Shown here piece after piece: positions 21,601 through 31,500 of a DNA stretch of 44,476 nucleotides (the stretch's first letter is position 1; every line of letters begins with the position of its first letter). Made by a program: the position numbers and the translations under genes. The DNA is taken from the sequence record DRR378314_2555; one strand, given 5' to 3'. The notes beneath the pieces were generated by a model, which saw only the letters and a program-made list of their open reading frames with translations, had not been told where the DNA came from and made no database searches.

Positions 21601-22016
21601 CTGGCGAAACCTTCGATAAATCCATAGTAAAGGAGGGCACCATACAGGAATCGGTAATTGCCATTAATGAAGGCGGAGGAAAATTTACCATAAAAAAGTT
21701 ACCAGGGCGGGTACAATTGTCCTGCGTCTGCGGAATTACCTGTACCGATGTTAATGGCGACGGCTATTTGGACCTTATTATGGGCGGTAATAATTTTGAA
21801 TTCAAACCTCAATATTCACGCCTGGATGCCAATTTTGGAAGTATACTTTTGGGCAATGAAAAATTGGATTTTAAATGGCAGAATTACGATGAAAGCGGGT
21901 TTTTAATAAAAGAGGAAGTGAAACATATTGAACAGTTTCAGGACAGCAATGGTAAACGGTTCGTAATTGCCGCCATTAATGATAACAAACCAAAAGTTTT
22001 TGCACTGGATGAGTAG
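18663..22016 (+). CDS. FG-GAP/VCBS-repeat ASPIC/UnbV (CRTAC1-like) lipoprotein 1
   Basis: Lipobox LGSC; more than ten DxNxDGxxD Ca-binding repeats; ASPIC-like segment AIG...RGFQSS...GLG...IWPD. Confidence 0.85.
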   Translation: MGKLIIRGSLILTVALLLGSCSQKKEVDKVVEGNGDSLFSLLASEKTGIDFVNKVVNQKNFNIFKYRNFYNGGGVAIGDINNDGLPDIYLTGNMVPNKLYLNKGGLQFEDISEKAGVQGNKPWSTGVTMVDINNDGLLDLYVSNAGNMEGNNHDNDLYINNGDLTFTEKAAEYNLAKTGFSTHATFFDYDKDGDLDAYILNNSNVPVSSLGYAEQREVRAQDWAGVPDIFKGVGDMLLRNDNGKFVDVSEKAGIYGSLIGFGLGVMVSDINGDLYPDIYVSNDFYERDYLYINQKDGTFKEEIEQWTSHLSLSAMGIDMADINNDGYADIFITDMLPEGDQRVKSVMEFEGYNVFKLKQSKDFYQQYIQNTLQLNNGNNTFSEIAYYSGVAKTDWSWAGLMFDMDNDGLKDIYITNGINHDLTDLDFVDFFANEIIQEMALTGEKQSIDSIIAKMPIAPQPNYAYRNNGDITFSNETKNWGLELPSMSNGAAYGDLDNDGDLDIVVNNVNMEAFVYENHSEKKFGNNYLKLKFEGRDGNKFAIGTTVKLYFDNQVIVQELMPSRGFQSSVDYVMTIGLGKNTSIDSLQVIWPDDRTQKFNNIKTNQFLTLKNSEAQDIFVPNNKSVNPLLKELASSKLLVHKENNYNDFDYEGLISKMLSQEGPALAVADVNGDGNEDVFIGGGANQAGVLYLHKGNGNLTASVQKAFEKDVALEDTAAAFLDVDGDGDMDLMVGNGGNQVGDEKLYRARLYINNGKGVFEASSQILPSTFKNIAVIAPHDFDNDGDMDVFIGSRNVVGNYGLDPDHLFLENKGDGTFADATERLAYDTKQAGMVTDAIWVDMDGDKKKDLITVADWGSPIIYKNSGKRMSKMNTALDSLTGWWNVVSAEDLDNDGDYDLILGNQGNNVPYSCSRENPMKLWVNDFDNNGTIEQITTRNFEGKDYPIHQKKELTTQMVALKKQNLKASEYAKRTIGELFSGETFDKSIVKEGTIQESVIAINEGGGKFTIKKLPGRVQLSCVCGITCTDVNGDGYLDLIMGGNNFEFKPQYSRLDANFGSILLGNEKLDFKWQNYDESGFLIKEEVKHIEQFQDSNGKRFVIAAINDNKPKVFALDE

Positions 22017-25000
22017 ATATAACTTTTTTGTTTTATTCACAGTGGTTCTCTTGGGTTGTGGGCCTAGGGAAGGTGAAGTTTTCAGGAACCCATCGCCAAG
22101 TGAAACGGGGATTAACTTTCAGAATACCGTTACGGAGTCGGATGATCTGAATATTCTTGACTATCTATATTTTTACAATGGTGGCGGAGTAGCCATTGGG
22201 GATATTAATGGGGACGGACTGCCCGATGTTTTTCTTTCCGGAAACCAAGTAAAAAATAGATTGTACCTCAATGAGGGGAACCTAAAGTTTCGGGATATTA
22301 CGGACAAAGCGGGTATAGCTGGGGACAGTACCTGGAATACGGGGGCCATTATGGGGGATATTAATGGGGACGGACTCCTGGATATCTACGTCTGCGCCGT
22401 TGTGGGTATTAATGGCTTTAACGGACACAACGAGCTGTATATTAACAATGGGGATAATACCTTTACGGAAAGTGCAGCCGAATTTGGACTCGATTTTGAT
22501 ACTTACAGCAGTTCCGCCGCCTTATTGGATTATGATTTGGATGGGGATTTGGATATGTATCTGCTCAATCATGCCGTACATACCCAGGAATCTTATGGGA
22601 AGGCCGAAGTACGGCAAAAGAGAAATGCCCAATCAGGGGACAGGCTGTTGCGCAATGATGGGGGTATTTTTGTAGATGTTAGCGAGGAAGCTGGCATATA
22701 CGGTGGTGCCAATGGATACGGACTGGGCATTGCCATAGCCGATTTTAATCAGGATGGATATCCGGATATCTATGTTGGGAACGATTTTCACGAGGACGAT
22801 TATTATTACATCAACAACGGTAATGGCACATTTTCCGAACAATTGCGGAGCTATTTTGGACATACTACCAAATTTTCAATGGGGAATGACGTAGCCGATA
22901 TTAACCATGATGGTTGGCCAGATATTATTTCTTTGGACATGCTCCCTGAAGATGAAAAGGTCCTAAAGTCATCTGAGGGGGACGACCTTACCCAAACCCA
23001 GATTCTAAGGGTATCCCGTTTTGGGTACCATTACCAATATTCCAGGAATATGCTGTTTGTAAACCAGCAAAATGCGCCCTATTCCGAAACGGCAATACAA
23101 AGCGGAATTGCAGCGACCGATTGGAGTTGGAGTGCACTTTTTGGGGATTATGACCAAGATGGGGAACAGGATATCTTTATTTCCAATGGGATTCCCAAAA
23201 GGCCCAACGACCTCGACTTTATAAAATTCGCCTCGGACGAACAAATAAAAAACAAGCTTAACAATACCAAACTTGTAGACCAACAAGCCATTAATATGAT
23301 GCCGTCCGGGGTGACGCATAATTATGTTTTTAAAGGCGGGGAGGATATGAAGTATCAGGATATGTCCGGCATATGGACCGCAAAGGACACCCTGATTTCC
23401 GGGGCTACGGCCATGGCAGATTTGGACAATGATGGTGATCTGGACCTTATAACCAATACCCTTAACAGTCCAGCGGCATTGTATATCAATAAAACGGACA
23501 CCAAAGCCAATTATTTAAAACTCAGGTTTAATTATAAGGAAAAGAATAAATTAGGTATAGGCACCAAAGTTTTTGCCTATATAAATGGGCAGTTGCATTA
23601 CAGGGAATTGTATACCGTTAGGGGGTTCCAGGCCTCTTCCGAACCTATGGTCCATTTTGGTTTTGGAAAACAGGAGAAGATAGACTCCATAAAAATTGTT
23701 TGGCCCAATAAGACCTTTCAGGTCATAAAAGAAGTGGCTACCAATCAAACCTTGGTTATTTCCCCGGAAAATACAAAACCCTTCAATTATAATTCGCTAT
23801 CGCCTACTTCCAAAAAGATGTTCCATAAGGTTACAGGTAATTTGGGAATCAATTTTGAGCATGTGGAGGACAATTATCTGGATATCAACAGACAAAAATT
23901 GATCCCCTATCAAATATCGGATCGTGGTCCGGCATTGGCCTTTGGGGATTTGAACGGGGATGGAAAAAAAGATTTGTTCTTTGGAGGTTCCAAATACATT
24001 CCGTCCAGAATATTTTTACAAGGGGATACTACCTATCTGGAAAAGCGAATAGATAATATTGCGAACGATTCCATAAAGGAGGATATTACGGCCCTAATAG
24101 CGGACCTCAACAAAGACGGGATGGCCGATCTGGTTGTAGGTACCGGAGGGGGGGATTTTTATAACGAAATGCCTCCCTTAACAGATAGTTATTACCTTCA
24201 AAATAGTACAGGCTTTGAAGCTGCTGTTCTGCCGGAATATTTTGAAAATGCAGCTGTAATTAGGGAAAGTGATTTTGACAATGATGGGGACTTGGATTTA
24301 TTTATAGGCAATAACGCCATAACCAACGATTTTGGAAATATCCCCAATTCCTTTTTGCTAAGAAACAACCAAGGTCGGTTCACTGTTGTAGAAAACAAGG
24401 AACTGCAAAAGCTGGGAATGGTCACGGATGCAGTCTGGACAGATTTTGATAATGATGGCGTGTTGGATTTAATAGTGGTAGGGGAGTGGATGACGCCAAA
24501 ATTCTTTAAGAACAATAAGGGGCAATTGATAGAAACTTCACCTTTGGACCGCCCTTATAACGGACTCTGGGAATGCATTATCCCATTTGATATGGACAAG
24601 GACGGGGACTTGGATTACCTACTGGGAAATTGGGGAGGCAATACCAAATTTAAAGCATCGGATAAATATCCAATGAAAATGTTTTATTCGGATTTTGACC
24701 AGAACGGAAGTACGGAGACTGTAGTGGCTATTGAAAAAAATGGCCAATATTATCCTTTGGAAGGGTTGGATGAACTATCGGCGCAAATGGTTGGCCTTAG
24801 AAAGAAATTTTTGACCTATAAGTCCTTTGCCGGAAAATCCATAGAAGGGGTTCTAGATGAAAATGCCCTTAAAAATAGTACCGTTCTAGAAGTAAATACC
24901 CTAGAATCTGGTTATTTGGAGAATAATGATGGGAAATATTCATTTGTTCCCTTTAAATCGGAATTACAGGTTGCCCCAATAAGGGCATTTGTAGAGTATG

Positions 25001-25257
25001 ACTTTGATAAGGACGGGAATACGGAAATCCTGGCAGCAGGTAACTATTTTGGGATTAAGCCATATCACGGCAGGTTGGATTCCTTCTCAGGAGCACTGAT
25101 AAAGGATAAAAATGATGTAATTTTGGGGAACAAATTAGGACTGGAGCTGGAACTTAAGTCTGTTAGACATTTGAAGATGATAGATTTAAAAGGTAAGACC
25201 TATCTCTTGGTTACCTTTAATGATGATAAGGCTCAGGTTTATGACTTGGGCGATTAA
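22009..25257 (+). CDS. FG-GAP/VCBS-repeat ASPIC/UnbV (CRTAC1-like) lipoprotein 2
   Basis: Paralogue of the upstream gene (FYNGGGVAIGDIN.DGLPD, TDWSW, RGFQ.S); ATG at 22009 gives MSRYNFF...LLGC lipobox and an 8-nt overlap. Confidence 0.85.
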   Translation: MSRYNFFVLFTVVLLGCGPREGEVFRNPSPSETGINFQNTVTESDDLNILDYLYFYNGGGVAIGDINGDGLPDVFLSGNQVKNRLYLNEGNLKFRDITDKAGIAGDSTWNTGAIMGDINGDGLLDIYVCAVVGINGFNGHNELYINNGDNTFTESAAEFGLDFDTYSSSAALLDYDLDGDLDMYLLNHAVHTQESYGKAEVRQKRNAQSGDRLLRNDGGIFVDVSEEAGIYGGANGYGLGIAIADFNQDGYPDIYVGNDFHEDDYYYINNGNGTFSEQLRSYFGHTTKFSMGNDVADINHDGWPDIISLDMLPEDEKVLKSSEGDDLTQTQILRVSRFGYHYQYSRNMLFVNQQNAPYSETAIQSGIAATDWSWSALFGDYDQDGEQDIFISNGIPKRPNDLDFIKFASDEQIKNKLNNTKLVDQQAINMMPSGVTHNYVFKGGEDMKYQDMSGIWTAKDTLISGATAMADLDNDGDLDLITNTLNSPAALYINKTDTKANYLKLRFNYKEKNKLGIGTKVFAYINGQLHYRELYTVRGFQASSEPMVHFGFGKQEKIDSIKIVWPNKTFQVIKEVATNQTLVISPENTKPFNYNSLSPTSKKMFHKVTGNLGINFEHVEDNYLDINRQKLIPYQISDRGPALAFGDLNGDGKKDLFFGGSKYIPSRIFLQGDTTYLEKRIDNIANDSIKEDITALIADLNKDGMADLVVGTGGGDFYNEMPPLTDSYYLQNSTGFEAAVLPEYFENAAVIRESDFDNDGDLDLFIGNNAITNDFGNIPNSFLLRNNQGRFTVVENKELQKLGMVTDAVWTDFDNDGVLDLIVVGEWMTPKFFKNNKGQLIETSPLDRPYNGLWECIIPFDMDKDGDLDYLLGNWGGNTKFKASDKYPMKMFYSDFDQNGSTETVVAIEKNGQYYPLEGLDELSAQMVGLRKKFLTYKSFAGKSIEGVLDENALKNSTVLEVNTLESGYLENNDGKYSFVPFKSELQVAPIRAFVEYDFDKDGNTEILAAGNYFGIKPYHGRLDSFSGALIKDKNDVILGNKLGLELELKSVRHLKMIDLKGKTYLLVTFNDDKAQVYDLGD

Positions 25258-25295
25258 GGGAGATCTAATATTATTATTTGGACAAAAAGATTAAG

Positions 25296-26642
25296 ATGAA
25301 ACTATATTTAAGATTATTTGTATTATTTGCGGTTGTAATATCATGCAACAAAAAGGAAGAGCCTATAATTATAACTTCCCAGGATCTCCATAGGTCTATC
25401 CATAAGGTCACGGAAGTTATGATCCATGATATTTTTTCACCCCCAGTGGCCAGTAGAATTTTTGCTTATCCCAATATAGCGGCATATGAAATTGTGGCCC
25501 TTAACAATAGTGATTACAAATCGTTGGTAGGGCAGGTAACAGATTTGACCCCTATTCCTGTTCCAGTGGAGGATAAACCTGTCAATTATCAAATGGCGGC
25601 CCTAATTGCGCATATGGAATTAAGTAAGCGTTTAATTTTTTCTGAGGATAAAATTGAGGTACATCGCGATAGTTTATATACCAATTGGCAGGAAAAAAAC
25701 TTGACCATCTTTAAGAACTCTGAGGAATATGGTCTGGCCGTGGCAAAACATATAGGGGATTGGTTGGACAAGGACAATTACAAGCAGACTAGGACTATGC
25801 CCAAGTTTACCATTAACACGGACGATGATTCGCGTTGGCAACCCACCCCACCGGCTTATATGGACGGTATAGAGCCTCATTGGAGTAAAATAAGGCCGTT
25901 TGTTATTGACTCGGCAAATCAATTTGTACCAGCACCACCACCGGCATTTTCTATGGATAAAGGATCCGACTTTTACAGGGAAGTAAAAGAGGTATACGAT
26001 ATTAGTAAAGAGATTACTGCCAAAGGGGATAGTTCGGAAGAGATAGCTATTGCAAAATTCTGGGATTGTAACCCCTATGTCTCCGTAACCAGGGGGCATT
26101 TAATGTTCGCAACAAAGAAGATTACACCAGGGGCCCATTGGATTGGGATTACCAAAATTGCCTGCGAAAAAACAAACTCGGATTTTGATAAAACCGTATT
26201 TGCCTATACCAAAACCTCAATGGCAATAGCCGATGCCTTTATAAGTTGTTGGGACGAAAAATACCGCTCTAATTTAATACGTCCGGAAACTGTAATAAAT
26301 CAGTATATAGACGAAAACTGGGCACCTGTGCTTCAAACGCCGCCATTTCCTGAGTACACCAGCGGACACTCCGTGGTTTCTGGTGCGGCAGCTACGGCCT
26401 TGACCAGTATTTTTGGGGATAATTTTGCATTTGATGACGATACCGAAATACCTTTTGGTCTACCTATAAGAAGTTTCACCTCTTTTAATCAGGCTGCAGA
26501 TGAAGCTGCCATTAGTAGAATGTACGGGGGCATACATTATAGGGCCGCAGTGGAAGTCGGGGTAGGACAAGGCAGGAGTTTGGGCAAATTTATTGTGGAT
26601 AAACTGGAAATGAACGGGAATCAGGAACTGGTGTCCAAGTAA
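25296..26642 (+). CDS. Vanadium-dependent haloperoxidase lipoprotein (Zobellia VIPO-like iodoperoxidase)
   Basis: Vanadate-binding motifs CWDEKYRSNLIRP, PPFPEYTSGH, SRMYGGIH and WDCNPY; lipobox VISC. ATG at 25296. Confidence 0.88.
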   Translation: MKLYLRLFVLFAVVISCNKKEEPIIITSQDLHRSIHKVTEVMIHDIFSPPVASRIFAYPNIAAYEIVALNNSDYKSLVGQVTDLTPIPVPVEDKPVNYQMAALIAHMELSKRLIFSEDKIEVHRDSLYTNWQEKNLTIFKNSEEYGLAVAKHIGDWLDKDNYKQTRTMPKFTINTDDDSRWQPTPPAYMDGIEPHWSKIRPFVIDSANQFVPAPPPAFSMDKGSDFYREVKEVYDISKEITAKGDSSEEIAIAKFWDCNPYVSVTRGHLMFATKKITPGAHWIGITKIACEKTNSDFDKTVFAYTKTSMAIADAFISCWDEKYRSNLIRPETVINQYIDENWAPVLQTPPFPEYTSGHSVVSGAAATALTSIFGDNFAFDDDTEIPFGLPIRSFTSFNQAADEAAISRMYGGIHYRAAVEVGVGQGRSLGKFIVDKLEMNGNQELVSK

Positions 26643-26715
26643 GTTTTTAGACTGGATCCAAATCAGTATTCCCAAAGGTTTCCAGAATTACTTACCCCGC
26701 ATAAAATTACAATTA

Positions 26716-27612
26716 GTGAGAAACAAAATTGTTTATTTAGTAGCTTTCCTTCTTCTGGGATCATTGGTTTGGTATTTGTTTATAAAACCCTATGATTATT
26801 CGGTATCCATTGTATCCAAGACATTCCCTGGGACCATTAATCAGAGCATAAAAGTGTGGGGCAATACCAATAAGAATACTGTGCTATTGCAAGAAAAGGA
26901 TTTTTTGAATATCGATCAGCAATTAAAATTCAATGATTCCATATTCCAATATCAATGGAAAATAACCCCTGTCAATGATTCAACTACAAAGATAAAGGTG
27001 TACATAAAGGATGTAGATCATAGTTTGGGGAATAGATTGAAAATTCCTTTTTTCGATACGGGTTTCGAAAAACGGACCAAGAGTACTGTGTTGGATTTCA
27101 ACAATGCGCTAACGGAACATTTGGAAAAATTTAAGGTTACTGTTGTTGATACGCTACAACAGCTTCCGGATACCTATTGTGCCTATATACCCATAAAGGC
27201 TTCACAGTTGGGCAAAGCGAAAGGAATGATGCAGAATTATCCAATTTTAAGTACTGTGCTTGTGGACAACAATGTAGAACTAAACGGAAGACCATTTCTG
27301 GAAATTACCGATTGGAACAGGAAAGTGGACAGTATTAGCTATAATTTTTGTTATCCAATTATTAAGAGTGATAGCCTTCCCCAAAATGACATTATAAAGT
27401 ATAAGAAATTTGGAGGCCTTAAGGCGATAAAGGCCATTTATAACGGAAACTATATTACCTCTGACCGTGCTTGGTACGCCTTGTTGGATTATGCCAAAAA
27501 GAATGGGATGGAGGTCCGGGAAAGGCCTATTGAGGTATTTTTTAGCAACCCAAATTTCGGAGGAAACGAATTGGATTGGATAGCTGAAATCTATATGCCC
27601 TTAAAAGAATGA
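26716..27612 (+). CDS. Membrane-anchored GyrI-like small-molecule-binding domain protein
   Basis: N-terminal TM helix; C-terminal KAIYNGNY...AW..L..Y...PIEVF..NP...AEIYMP pattern typical of GyrI-like domains; GTG start. Confidence 0.65.
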   Translation: MRNKIVYLVAFLLLGSLVWYLFIKPYDYSVSIVSKTFPGTINQSIKVWGNTNKNTVLLQEKDFLNIDQQLKFNDSIFQYQWKITPVNDSTTKIKVYIKDVDHSLGNRLKIPFFDTGFEKRTKSTVLDFNNALTEHLEKFKVTVVDTLQQLPDTYCAYIPIKASQLGKAKGMMQNYPILSTVLVDNNVELNGRPFLEITDWNRKVDSISYNFCYPIIKSDSLPQNDIIKYKKFGGLKAIKAIYNGNYITSDRAWYALLDYAKKNGMEVRERPIEVFFSNPNFGGNELDWIAEIYMPLKE

Positions 27613-27678
27613 TAGAATATAAGCATAAGCAGGACTAATTTGCTAGTTCCCCATTTAGATGATTAAATTTTTAATTGC

Positions 27679-28539
27679 ATGAAAAAATACTTGTTATTGC
27701 TGCTTTGGGGAACAATAATCAGCTGTGCCAGTAATTATGGACAACTGACCTATGTTACCAAACTTCCCCATAAATTGACCGAGAATTCAGGAATGGTCCC
27801 TGGCAAGGACTCAACGGTTTGGTTCGTTATGGATAGAGGTAATCCCGATAAAATTTATCAGGTGAATTATAAAGGTGACTTAGTAAAGGAATTAAAAGTA
27901 AAGAATGCCAAAAACCATGATTGGGAAGATATGGCAAAAGATGAAAATGGTAATGTTTTTATTGGGGATTTTGGCAATAACGGCAACGACAGAAAGAATT
28001 TGGCCATCTATAAAATTCCCGATCCCAATGAAGAAAATGGGGATGATATTAAGGCGGAAAAGATTGAATTTAATTACCCTGAGCAGAAAGATTTTCCTCC
28101 TAAAAAGAATAAACTGCTATATGATGCAGAGGCATTTTTTTACTACCGGAACAATTTCTACATCATCACCAAAAACAGGACCCAGCCATTTAACGGGGAA
28201 GCCTTATTGTACAAAGTGCCTGCTTTAGAGGGCAAGCACAAAGCCCAATATTTGGGTTCCTTTATTCCTCCGAAAGGAAAGAGGAATAGGCAAATAACCT
28301 CTGCCGATATATCTCCTGATGGTAAGACTATAGTGCTGTTGGGCAATGGTACATTATGGGTGTTTACGAATTTTGTAATGGACAATTTTATTTCCAGTGG
28401 GACACTAAAAACGATAGATCTGGGCGTATATACACAATTGGAATCCGTTTCCTTTACCAATAACAATACCTTATTGCTATCGGACGAGGAGTCTGCGAAA
28501 ACGGGAAGAAATCTATATTCTTTTGTGTTGGGCAACTAA
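27679..28539 (+). CDS. Conserved lipoprotein, probable beta-propeller (SdiA-regulated/phytase-like)
   Basis: Lipobox IISC; repeated blade motifs ENSG, DWEDMA, IGDFGNN, YDAEA, ITSADIS, QLES. Confidence 0.6.
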   Translation: MKKYLLLLLWGTIISCASNYGQLTYVTKLPHKLTENSGMVPGKDSTVWFVMDRGNPDKIYQVNYKGDLVKELKVKNAKNHDWEDMAKDENGNVFIGDFGNNGNDRKNLAIYKIPDPNEENGDDIKAEKIEFNYPEQKDFPPKKNKLLYDAEAFFYYRNNFYIITKNRTQPFNGEALLYKVPALEGKHKAQYLGSFIPPKGKRNRQITSADISPDGKTIVLLGNGTLWVFTNFVMDNFISSGTLKTIDLGVYTQLESVSFTNNNTLLLSDEESAKTGRNLYSFVLGN

Positions 28540-28568
28540 CCCGAAATCAAAAAATCTACCGTTCTAAA

Positions 28569-31500
28569 TTAAAAGCCAAAACCAATACCGAAGGAAAATC
28601 TTGGCCCATCAACACTGTTGAACAAGGCTACCCTCGCCGTCATCACATCCGCTCCATTAAGAAAAATTCCTCCTCCGTAGGAGGTGTGCCATAGATCGGA
28701 ATTTTCGTTGGGAGTCCAGACCCTTCCGTAGTCAAAACCGCCATATACTCCCACGGTAACGGGCAATAATCCTGTTTTTAGACTTTTAAGACTGTATCTA
28801 AGGTCTGTATTCTGGTAATAACTGCTCTTACCGGAAAATCGTTGGTTTCTAAAACCTCTAAGTCCATCTATCCCACCTATACTGGCTGCCTGGTAAAATT
28901 CGTAGTCGTCCCCTAAATTAAAATGGGCCTTCCATTTGGAGGCAAGGACCAATCTACCATTGGATACTAATTTATGATCCAAGGAAAGACTGGGAACTAT
29001 ATAGGCATAGGCCTGACCCTGGTTCTCCACACTGGCCTTGTAGCCCAAGAGCAGTCCAGTTGTCATTCCCATAGTAGGGAAAGCGGCATTGTCCAAATTT
29101 TCATAGGTGTATTCCGCATCAACTCCTATAAAACTGTTCCTGTTCTCCTCCCCGTTGGCCAGATAAAAGGTGTTCACGAACCTGTCTTCGGTTTCTTCCA
29201 CTTCCAGACTTTCAAGAGAAATTCCAGTTCTGAATTTTGCCCCCAGCTGTCCACGCCAAATCAAGGAAGGAGAAAAACTTAAGTTTTGAATTTTTACCCT
29301 ATTGTAATCCATCTCCAAAGTATCGTCGAAATTTTCGGTCTCATTTCCGATTCCAAAAAAGTTAACGCTAAAATTGGGGCTTGTAAAGCGGGCGGCCAGT
29401 TCCAAATTCCAGTTTTCTAATATATGGGCAAACTCTCCTTTATAGCCCAACTCAAAGCCATTGGTGGCAAAATAATAGGCGGCATTGTAACTGTGTTGGG
29501 TAGTATAAGGGTTTTGTCGTAGTCCATAAAAGGTATTTGAGGCATTAAAACCAAGCTTCATACCATCATCGGGATTGAATCCGATGGTCGGGATTATCTG
29601 GCGTGTGCTAGTCCTAAGTTTAAGTGGCTGATAAGTGTTGGTCTCGTAATCGTTGGTAAGTCGCAGCTTTGCTCCCTTGATTTCTTTGAAGGTGTTTTTT
29701 TTGGATCTATGGTCATAAATCCAAGTATTGCTGCCTTCAGATATGTCATAAACATCATTGTTTTGTCCGCCGATAAGCCTAATTTTTATTTTGTTCCCCT
29801 TACCGCCTTCGACTTCGAAGATGTCATCATCGTCCAAACCATAGATCCAAATTTCCTTGGTTATATTGTGGTTGAATTTCTTTTGAAAAAAAAGCTTTTC
29901 CTTTTTTCCGTCTATTTTTCTATAAGCTTTGATTTCCACTTCTTGCTCGGCCAAATTGTTAATTTCGAACCAATCATCCTTATCGGTACCTTTTATGACA
30001 ACATACTGGTTGAGTGCCAAAAAGTAGTCCTCGGCAATTTTGGGAAGGTTGTTGATCCGGGATAGAAGTATGCTCTTTAAGCTAAGGATATTTTCGTCCA
30101 AAATCTCTTGGGGAAAGGCTTTAAATGCTGCGTCTATTACCGCTGGGGTTAGGTTTTGCTGTATATATTGTACTTCCTTCTCCCAATCGGCTTTTGTGGT
30201 TTCGGCCAATAAGGTTACATCCAGCCCATAGGCACTCTTGTTAAATGCTTCCACATTTCTAATGTCATTATTAAATCCTTCCATCATTTGAAGGGCAGGA
30301 ATTATTCTTGTTGCAATCCCCATCAGCGCCCCATCTCCCCAAATGGAATACACCTGATCCCGATCTCTTGGGATGGCCTCAAAAACAATCTTTCCTGTTT
30401 CCTTATCCTTCACTTCCCCCCAGCGCCATTGGTCGTCGTGCCTATCCCAATCGCCCATGACCATATCAAATAATCGGGTCCTTAAGTATCTGTCCGTATT
30501 GACTACATATTTTTCGTCCCGTTTAATTTTATCGATCATGTCCCAAGTACTTTCAATTTTATCGGCATATCCGAAACTGCCCAATTCCCCATGACCGTCG
30601 CCCACCTGTTCTTCCAAAATATAAAGCTCATCCCCAAATTCCCCATTAAATTCTGCTAAGGCAGATTGCTTTGGGATATAGTATAATTTAGGGTTGGTAT
30701 GGTAGAGGTCAATGGCGTCCGAAAGAGTTCCCACTGTAAGAAGGCCGTACGGTAGTGCCCCGGTATAAAAGTCCATTAAAAGTTTCTCGGTATAGGTATC
30801 CTTAAATTCTCCCAAAACGTATTTATCCTTAAAGGCCATGGCCTGTAGATATACTTCCGCACTTTTTTTAACTGCCCTAATTACGTATTCCTTTCCATTT
30901 TTATCTGACAATCTCAGGGATTTGGATTGGTTGCCACCGCCTTTACGGACAGGTTTTAAACCGCCAAACAAAGTATCCAGTCTAAGGGTAGGGGCGTTTA
31001 CTTCCATGGCGTAGTACTTCCTATACCTTTCGCCCCAAATAGTTTTGAAAAACTTACTTTTTTCAATGTCTTCCTTAGAGTAAACAGACGCTTTTACCTC
31101 CCTTGGAAAATCATTGCCGTTAAATATGTAATTTTCGTTTCTATCTGGAGGCAGTACCTGTGTAGAAAACAGAAGGTCGGGATCATTATTTTCCCCAACA
31201 CCGAAATATCTTACTTCGGAGGAACCATCTTTGTATACTTTTAATTCTGCAAAACCCATTCTTCCAGTAGAGAATTTAGAGCCGTTCAATAGCCTTGTGG
31301 CCCCTTCCTTGGCCCCGGAACCACTAACGATCTGGGGGGTATTGTCCTCCACAATATATTGAAGGGTATGTTCATGGCCCGAAGTCAAGATAACTTTCTG
31401 CGAATACTGGGCCAAGGTTACCAGACGATTCCTTAATTCCGTATATCTTTTATTCTGGAGATCGGCATAGGAGGCTCCGCTTGTTTTTCTGATAAGGTTT

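Noticed and set aside
18663-25257. DNA-level repeats in the FG-GAP genes as a mobile or diversity-generating element
   Set aside because: They reflect DxNxDG protein repeats and paralogy; no reverse transcriptase, recombinase or transposase nearby.
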